NCBI GenBank assembly: GCA_963792415.1
Contig: CAWBVY010000006.1
Coordinates: 576,001 to 640,000, forward strand
Direction of reading: 5' to 3'
DNA from: Candidatus Deferrimicrobiaceae bacterium
GTDB lineage: Bacteria; Desulfobacterota; Deferrimicrobia; Deferrimicrobiales; Deferrimicrobiaceae
Length of the DNA: 64,000 nt
The notes under the pieces are model-generated. The model made no database searches, was not told the DNA's origin, and saw only the letters and a program-made list of their open reading frames with translations. The translations under genes and the position numbers were made by a program. Below are positions 58,040 to 64,000 of the stretch, piece after piece. Positions within the stretch are counted from its first letter, which is position 1; each line of letters opens with the position of its first letter.

Positions 58040-59409
58040 TTATCCCTTCCCCTCCTTCCGCAGGATCCCCTCCGCGGCAAGGCAGCCGTTGAGGGCGGCG
58101 CCGACGATCCCGCGGGATTTCCCCACCCCGTCGCCCGCGACGAACAGGTTCGGGACGTTCGTCTCGAGATACCGGTCGGTGACGTACTTCGTATCGTAGA
58201 ACTTGATCTCCGGAACGTAAATCGCCGTGGACGGGTGGGCCACGCCCGGGATCACGCGGGACAGGAGCGTCAGGGTCTCCCGGATATTGTCGACGATCCT
58301 TCCGGGGTAGGCGAAGGAGATGTCCCCCGGCGTCACCCCCGGTCCGGGGGGCAGCGTCGGCGTCATCTTGTCGTACCCGAGTCCGGCGGAGTGGAACGTC
58401 TCCTTCCGGGAACGCCCCCCCCGCATCAAATCCCCCAGGCGCTGGACGACCAGGCTCTCCCCCCTCCCCAGAAGTTGGCGAACTCCGCCACCTTCCGCCC
58501 CATCTCGGTCGTGTCCTGGACCGGCTCCGTCATCGACACGGTATTGAGGATCGCGAAGTTCGTGTTCGCCGTCTTGCGGGTCTTGAGGGCATCGCCGTTC
58601 ACCAGCCGGAAGCCGTTGCGCGCTTCCACGCGAACGCGCCCTCCCGGGTTGGTGCAGAAGGTCCGCGTCGGGTCACCGTGGGTGGGTGTCACGAAGAGGA
58701 ACTTCGGATCGTACAGAACGCGGGTGATCTCGTCGTAGACCGGGGACGCCACCTCCACCCGGCAGCCGATGTCGATGGAACCGTAGCGCGTGGTGACCCC
58801 GAGCCCCCGGGCCGCCTCCCGGAACCAGTAGGCGCCGTCGCGGCCGGGTGCCGCCACGACGTACCTCGCGAGCACTTCGCCCTTCGCCGTGCGCAGGGCG
58901 AAGAGGCCGCCCGGCCCCAGGGAGATCCCGGTAACCCGCGTATCGAGGGAGAACGCCGCTCCAGCGGACGTGATCGACTCCGTCATCCGGGTTACGACGC
59001 GGTGGGCGAGATCGGTTCCCATATGGCGTTGGCGCGCCGGCCGAAGGGTGATGTCCCACTCCCCCTTCGGAGTCTTGTGGCGGACCCAGGAGACCCGGTC
59101 GAGCCACGCGTCGATCCGCTCCCGGTCCTCACCGTAGACCGTCGGATCGGCGCCGTGGGCGACGAAGACATCGTCGACGGCCGCAATGCGTTCGTTCGCC
59201 TCCTCCTCGGTCATCTGCAGTTCGGCGAGGTCGAGTCCGATGTGGGGAGAGAGGTTGAGCTTCCCGTCGGTCATCGCGCCCGCCCCGCCGGTGCGCCCCT
59301 TCTCGTCGAGGACGAGGACCGAGAGCGTCCCGGCCAGCGTCCGGGCGACGAACATCCCCGCGGGACCCGCGCCGACGACGGCGACGCCCCAGGTTTTTTC
59401 AGCCGCCAT
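58040..59409 (-). pseudogene. FAD-dependent oxidoreductase split by a frameshift in a G6 run at 58459-58464 (likely sequencing error)
   Basis: VVGAGPAG, RTFCTNPGG; adding one G gives NFWGGGESLVVQRLGDL, joining the 58040-58429 ORF (PEIKFY, AGDGVG). Confidence 0.82.
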
Positions 59410-60451
59410 CCCCGGTTTCCTCGAACCGCGGTCCACCGGAGAGGCGGAACGGGAGGACGGACATCCCCGCCCCGGAAAGGAGCGCCTCCACCGCCTCGCG
59501 ATCCTCCGCGTCCTTGAGGAGGCCGAAGAGCATCCCTCCCCCGCCCGCGCCGCACAGTTTCGCTCCGTTCACCAGGCGCCGGAACCGGCGGCCGGAAATG
59601 AGCTCCTCCACGCCCGCCGTCGACACGCCGGGGGCGAGGGTCCTTCGGATCGCCCACTCCGCGGCGATCGCGGCGCCCGTGCCTCGCGGGTCCGCGGCGG
59701 AAACCGCCTCCCACGCGTCCCGCGCCGCGGCGGCGATCCCCCGGAACTTCCGCAGCACCAGGCCGTCCCCCTCGATCGCCCCGCGGATCATCCGCCAATT
59801 CACGTCCGACGAGCGGTGGGCGATCCCCGTGTGGACGAGGAACGCGTGGTCCCGGAGCATCGTCCCTGCCGGGCCCCCGGGAGGGAGCCGTCGCGCGTCG
59901 ACACGTCCGGGGGAAAACCGGATCCCCTGGATGCCGCCGCGCAGCGCCGCCAGGTGGTCCTGTCGCCCGGTCAGGCTCTTCAGGTGGGCCGCCTCGATCT
60001 CCATCGCCGCCATGGGGATCTCGTCCCGGCGGCACGCGGTCCGGGTCAGCCTTCCGGCCGCCAGCATCAGGGCGACCAGCAGGGCGGACGACGCGCCGAT
60101 CCCCGAGCCTACCGGGGCTTGATTGCGAACGCGGATCTCGACGCCGGAAACCGCGGGAAAATACCGCAGGGTCCGGGAGAGGAGACCCATCCTCCCCCCG
60201 GGGGAGAAACCGTGGGTGTCGGCGGCGGTGACCGCGATCCCGAAATTTCCCGAGGAGAGCCTTGCCGCGCCGCGCCGGAACGGGCGCACCTCGACCTCGC
60301 TGCGCACCGCGACGGCTGCGTTCACCGTCATCGCGTCCCCGATCAGAAGGTACAACGGGTAGATGTCAAGGGTCCCCCCCGCGATGTCCACGCGGTTGGG
60401 GACCACCACCCGGAAGGAGTTCGAAAGCCCCGCTGTCCTCGCATTTTTCAT
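59399..60451 (-). CDS. GHMP kinase, HddA-like (heptose-7-phosphate kinase-like)
   Basis: PNRVDIAGGTLD, PVGSGIGASS, GRQD, KLCGAGGGG. Confidence 0.82.
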   Translation of the reverse strand: MKNARTAGLSNSFRVVVPNRVDIAGGTLDIYPLYLLIGDAMTVNAAVAVRSEVEVRPFRRGAARLSSGNFGIAVTAADTHGFSPGGRMGLLSRTLRYFPAVSGVEIRVRNQAPVGSGIGASSALLVALMLAAGRLTRTACRRDEIPMAAMEIEAAHLKSLTGRQDHLAALRGGIQGIRFSPGRVDARRLPPGGPAGTMLRDHAFLVHTGIAHRSSDVNWRMIRGAIEGDGLVLRKFRGIAAAARDAWEAVSAADPRGTGAAIAAEWAIRRTLAPGVSTAGVEELISGRRFRRLVNGAKLCGAGGGGMLFGLLKDAEDREAVEALLSGAGMSVLPFRLSGGPRFEETGDGG

Positions 60452-60594
60452 GATGTGCTCCGTTCGCCGCATCCTGGTTCTAATTTAACCACGCTCACCC
60501 TCCGCCGGGTAGGAGGCATTTCCCCCTTTACGGATCGGGCGCCGTGCCGTTATATAAGAATCTGGAAACTCCCAACGCGCGAAGGAGGACGGCC

Positions 60595-61290
60595 ATGGCA
60601 TCGGTGCGGATCCGCTGGTTCGGACACTCCGGCTTTTCCATCCGGGACGGGAAGACGGCGCTCATCGACCCGTGGTTCGAGGGGAACCCGAAGGCGGCGG
60701 GCGGGGTGGACACCGCGCCCGGGGCGGACCTGTTGCTCCTCACGCACGACCACTTCGACCACGCGGGGGACGCGGTCGCGATGGCGAAGAAGACGGGAGC
60801 CCTCGTCGTGGCGATCTTCGAACTGGCGGGGGACCTGAAAGCGAAAGGCGTCCCCGAGTCCCGGCTGCTGCACGGGGGCGGCGGGATGAACGTCGGCGGG
60901 ACGGTCCGGGTGGAGGGATTCGAGATCACGATGACGGAGGCGCGCCACTCCTGCGCGCTGGGAGCCCCCGTCGGCTACGTGCTGAAAACCCCGTCGGGCC
61001 TGACCGTCTACCACTCCGGGGACACGGGGATCTTCGCCGGGATGGCGCTCATCGGCGAGCTGCATCCGATCGACGTGGCGATGCTGCCGATCGGGTCCGT
61101 GTTCACGATGGATTACCGGCAGGCGGCGAAGGCGTGCGCCCTTCTCAAGGCGAAAGCGGTGATCCCGATGCACTACGGCACGTTCCCGATCCTAGAGCCG
61201 AACGCGGAACGGTTCGTCGCCGAACTGGCGAAGGTTTCGCCGGGAACGCGCCCGATCGTCCTCGCGCCGGGGGAAGAGACGACGGTCTGA
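60595..61290 (+). CDS. UPF0173 metallo-beta-lactamase-fold hydrolase
   Basis: WFGHS, IDPW, THDHFDH, HSGDT, IPMHYGTFP. Confidence 0.9.
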   Translation: MASVRIRWFGHSGFSIRDGKTALIDPWFEGNPKAAGGVDTAPGADLLLLTHDHFDHAGDAVAMAKKTGALVVAIFELAGDLKAKGVPESRLLHGGGGMNVGGTVRVEGFEITMTEARHSCALGAPVGYVLKTPSGLTVYHSGDTGIFAGMALIGELHPIDVAMLPIGSVFTMDYRQAAKACALLKAKAVIPMHYGTFPILEPNAERFVAELAKVSPGTRPIVLAPGEETTV

Positions 61291-61296
61291 GGGGGT

Positions 61297-62235
61297 TTAC
61301 CTCCGCTGCTCGGCGATGGCCGCCATCAGGAGCGGGAAGAGGATCTCGTGCGGACCGATCAGGTGGTACCCCTTCCCGCCGCCTTGCGTGGGGCGGGTCA
61401 CGACGTTGACGTCCGGGCGGTACTGCCGCAGGAAGTCCATGTTGACGGTCGTGATCCGTGACAGGGGATGCCCCAGGTTGCGGGCCACCGAGACGGCCTT
61501 GAGGAAGACCTCGGGGAGGATGACCGCCGACCCGACGTTGACGTAGACGCCCCCGGAGAGCCCCGCGACGAGGGAGCAGAACGTCCGGAAATCCCGCAGC
61601 GACCCTTCGCCGATCGTCGCTCCGTCCGCATCGGGATGCATGTGGACGATGTCGGCCCCCACGGCCACGTGGACGGTCACGGGCACTCCGAGCCGGTGCG
61701 CCTCCCCGAGCAGGCTCTTTTTCCGGTAGCGCGCTTTCGACGAAACGATCGCCTTCCCCACGGAGGCGCCGAATCCGAGGCCCGCGGGTATGCCTTCCGA
61801 CAGCGCGCCGTGGATGAACTGCGCCGTCTCTTTCGCCATGCCGAACGATCCGTCCGGAAGGTGGGCCGCGACGTCCTCGGAGGTCTTCCCGGCGAGCGCG
61901 AGCTCCACGTCGTGGATCACCCCGGCGCCGTTCATCGCCACGGCAGTGAACACGCCGTCCCGGATCCCCTGGAGAAGCAGCGGAGAGAGCCCCACCTTGA
62001 TGAAGTGCGCACCGATCCCGAGCAGCACCGGCGCCCCGCGCCTGCGGGCCCGAGCGATCGCGGAGACGACGGCACGGAAATCCTTCGCGGCCAGATACTC
62101 CGGCAGCCCGTCCAGGAACCGGGCGAACGACATGCCGCGCCGCGGGGGGACCCCGAAGCCGCGGAACGACACCTTGCTCGTCCGGGAGTACAGGGACGTG
62201 CGCCGGAGGCGCGAGAAGTCGAGGGAGCGGGTCAC
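61297..62235 (-). CDS. Conserved protein with deoxyhypusine-synthase-like fold, coupled to gmhA
   Basis: [31 protein letters not shown]; GTG start overlaps the gmhA stop. Confidence 0.65.
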   Translation of the reverse strand: MTRSLDFSRLRRTSLYSRTSKVSFRGFGVPPRRGMSFARFLDGLPEYLAAKDFRAVVSAIARARRRGAPVLLGIGAHFIKVGLSPLLLQGIRDGVFTAVAMNGAGVIHDVELALAGKTSEDVAAHLPDGSFGMAKETAQFIHGALSEGIPAGLGFGASVGKAIVSSKARYRKKSLLGEAHRLGVPVTVHVAVGADIVHMHPDADGATIGEGSLRDFRTFCSLVAGLSGGVYVNVGSAVILPEVFLKAVSVARNLGHPLSRITTVNMDFLRQYRPDVNVVTRPTQGGGKGYHLIGPHEILFPLLMAAIAEQRR

Positions 62236-62813
62236 CGCTTGCCGACGTCCTTGAAAAGGATCGCGTCGGTCAGGTCGCACAGGATGTGCCCGACCGCGAT
62301 ATGGGCCTCCTGGATCCGGGGCGTGCTCCGGGAGGGGATCTGCAGGGCGATGTCGGAGAGGGATGCCGCCTTCCCCCCCTCCCCGGTCAGTGCGATCGTC
62401 GTCATCCCCAGCCTCTTCGCCGCGCGCAGCGCCTTGAGGACGTTCACGGAAGACCCGCTGGTCGTGATCCCGAGCGCCACGTCCCCCTTCTTCCCGAGGG
62501 CCTTCACCTGCTTGCTGAAGATCTCGTCGAACGCGTAGTCGTTGGCGATGCTGGTGAGAACCGAGGTGTCCGTGGCGAGGGAGATCGCGGGCAGGGGGGG
62601 CCGCTCGATGAGGAACCGGTTCATGAATTCGGCGGCGATGTGCTGCGCGTCCGCGGCGCTGCCGCCGTTGCCGAAGAGGAGGAGTTTCCGGCCCGCCTTG
62701 AACGCCTCGGCGATCGCCGTCGCGGCGGCCGCGATCTCCGCCGACATCGTTTCCGCCATCTTCAGGCGCAGGTCGGACCCTTCCTTCAGCGAACGCGCGA
62801 CCGAATCCTTCAA
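62232..62813 (-). CDS. gmhA: Phosphoheptose isomerase
   Basis: [33 protein letters not shown]. Confidence 0.93.
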   Translation of the reverse strand: MKDSVARSLKEGSDLRLKMAETMSAEIAAAATAIAEAFKAGRKLLLFGNGGSAADAQHIAAEFMNRFLIERPPLPAISLATDTSVLTSIANDYAFDEIFSKQVKALGKKGDVALGITTSGSSVNVLKALRAAKRLGMTTIALTGEGGKAASLSDIALQIPSRSTPRIQEAHIAVGHILCDLTDAILFKDVGKR

Positions 62814-62955
62814 GGGAATCTCCCCTCCGGCAAGAGTAGGGAAACGATAATCTTTTCTTTCGCGGGCTGTCAAGGAACGTCGCGAGGGGATCTATTTCCA
62901 TTCGGGAAAAACCGATGTAGCATGAACCGCATCTCAATGGGGGACGGAGGACCCG

Positions 62956-63354
62956 ATGGAACGACGGATCGAGGAGATCCTCTCCGGGTCGAAGACGGTC
63001 GCCGTGGTCGGAATCTCCGACAAGCCGGACCGCCCCAGTCACGTGGTGGCGAGGTACCTGCGGGAGCGGGGATACCGGGTGATCCCGGTCAATCCTTTCC
63101 TGACCGAGGTCCTCGGGGAGAAGGCATTCAAGTCGCTCGCGGAGATCCCCGGGCGGGTCGACCTCGTAGACGTGTTCCGCAAGTCGGAGGACGTACCGAA
63201 GATCGCGGAGGAAGCCGTGCGGATCGGCGCCCGCTTCTTCTGGATGCAGGAAGGGGTCGAAAGCGATCGCGCCCGCGAAATCCTGGACGCGGCAGGGATC
63301 CCGTGGGTGATGGATCGTTGCGTGAAGAAGGAACTGGCGAAGCGGGGTAAATAA
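62956..63354 (+). CDS. CoA-binding protein (YccU-like)
   Basis: VAVVGISDKPDRPS, IPVNP, DVFR, WMQEG, MDRC. Confidence 0.9.
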   Translation: MERRIEEILSGSKTVAVVGISDKPDRPSHVVARYLRERGYRVIPVNPFLTEVLGEKAFKSLAEIPGRVDLVDVFRKSEDVPKIAEEAVRIGARFFWMQEGVESDRAREILDAAGIPWVMDRCVKKELAKRGK

Positions 63355-63377
63355 CACAGGGCGCAGGGAGGGACGGA

Positions 63378-63701
63378 ATGGCCGGAAACATCCTTGAACT
63401 GAACAACGCGAACTTCCAGTCGACGGTGGAGAGCGGAACCCCCGTCCTCGTCGACTTCTGGGCCCCGTGGTGCGGACCGTGCCGCGTCATCGCCCCGATC
63501 CTCGAGGAGGTCGCGAAGGAATTCGACGGTAAGACGCGCGTGGGGAAGGTGAACGTCGACGACAGCCCGGAGATCGCCTCTCGGTTCGGCGTACGGGGGA
63601 TCCCGACGCTCATCCTCTTCAAGGACGGCCAGATCAAGGGGCAGATGGTCGGCGTGAACCCGAAGGCCAACATCGTTTCGCTGGTGCAGAAGAACCTTTG
63701 A
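63378..63701 (+). CDS. trxA: Thioredoxin
   Basis: DFWAPWCGPC; IPTL. Confidence 0.95.
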   Translation: MAGNILELNNANFQSTVESGTPVLVDFWAPWCGPCRVIAPILEEVAKEFDGKTRVGKVNVDDSPEIASRFGVRGIPTLILFKDGQIKGQMVGVNPKANIVSLVQKNL

Positions 63702-64000
63702 GAAAGGGCGCCCCCTTCGTGGCGCTGATCGCGGGCCTGCTCCTGATGACGGGATGCGGACCGAAGGCGATCACCGTGGGGTCCCGCCCCTTTCCGGCCA
63801 GGCATCCCGTTTTCTCCGACGCCTCCGGGAAGGCCCTCGAAGGGCTCCCGGAAGCCGACGGGACGATACGGCTCGTCTTTCTCGAATTCCCGTGGTGTCC
63901 CCCGTGCACGGACGTCTGGAGAGCCTTGCGGGCCGCCGCGGCGCCGTTTCCTCCCGGGACCGTACGAATCTACCGGGTCCTGTTCGACCGCGAAACGGTG
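63698..64000 (+). CDS. Thioredoxin-like lipoprotein, partial
   Basis: TTG overlaps the trxA stop; MTGC lipobox; EFPWCPPC. Confidence 0.7.
   Translation, partial: MRKGAPFVALIAGLLLMTGCGPKAITVGSRPFPARHPVFSDASGKALEGLPEADGTIRLVFLEFPWCPPCTDVWRALRAAAAPFPPGTVRIYRVLFDRETV

Overview
High-GC bacterial window, probably from an anaerobic Desulfobacterota/deltaproteobacterial lineage (inferred from gene content only). Bases 1-30600 hold a cytochrome-nanowire locus resembling the Geobacter omcS neighbourhood. It has two divergent hexaheme OmcS-family genes, NHL and YVTN beta-propellers, an outer-membrane barrel, two CsgG/PelC-like lipoproteins, a PPIase chaperone, and 26-heme and 16-heme cytochromes. A putative modification module sits on one side: two membrane/spermidine-synthase-like fusions (one frameshifted), two TMTC-like GT-C/TPR proteins, a GT2 and a YbaY lipoprotein. 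A regulatory module sits on the other: PhnD-like binding protein, haem-c histidine kinase, sigma54 activator and REC-PilZ. A GEMM-I riboswitch with G at position 20 precedes omcS, and two sigma54 sites are visible. The rest is mostly housekeeping: an ABC exporter pair, M50 protease, queH, tRNA-Sec, tRNA-Val followed by a small repeat-bearing islet, terC with a structured uORF leader, Usp, thioredoxins, ferredoxin and heptose genes. It also holds an atypical iscS(K->N)-iscU operon with two half-ferritins and a divergent cysS, a candidate GNAT/HDAC/AcuB acylation set with an acyl-CoA synthetase, a degenerate GspE-like ATPase and a 59-bp palindromic tandem repeat. All assignments come from reading motifs by eye; no searches were run.
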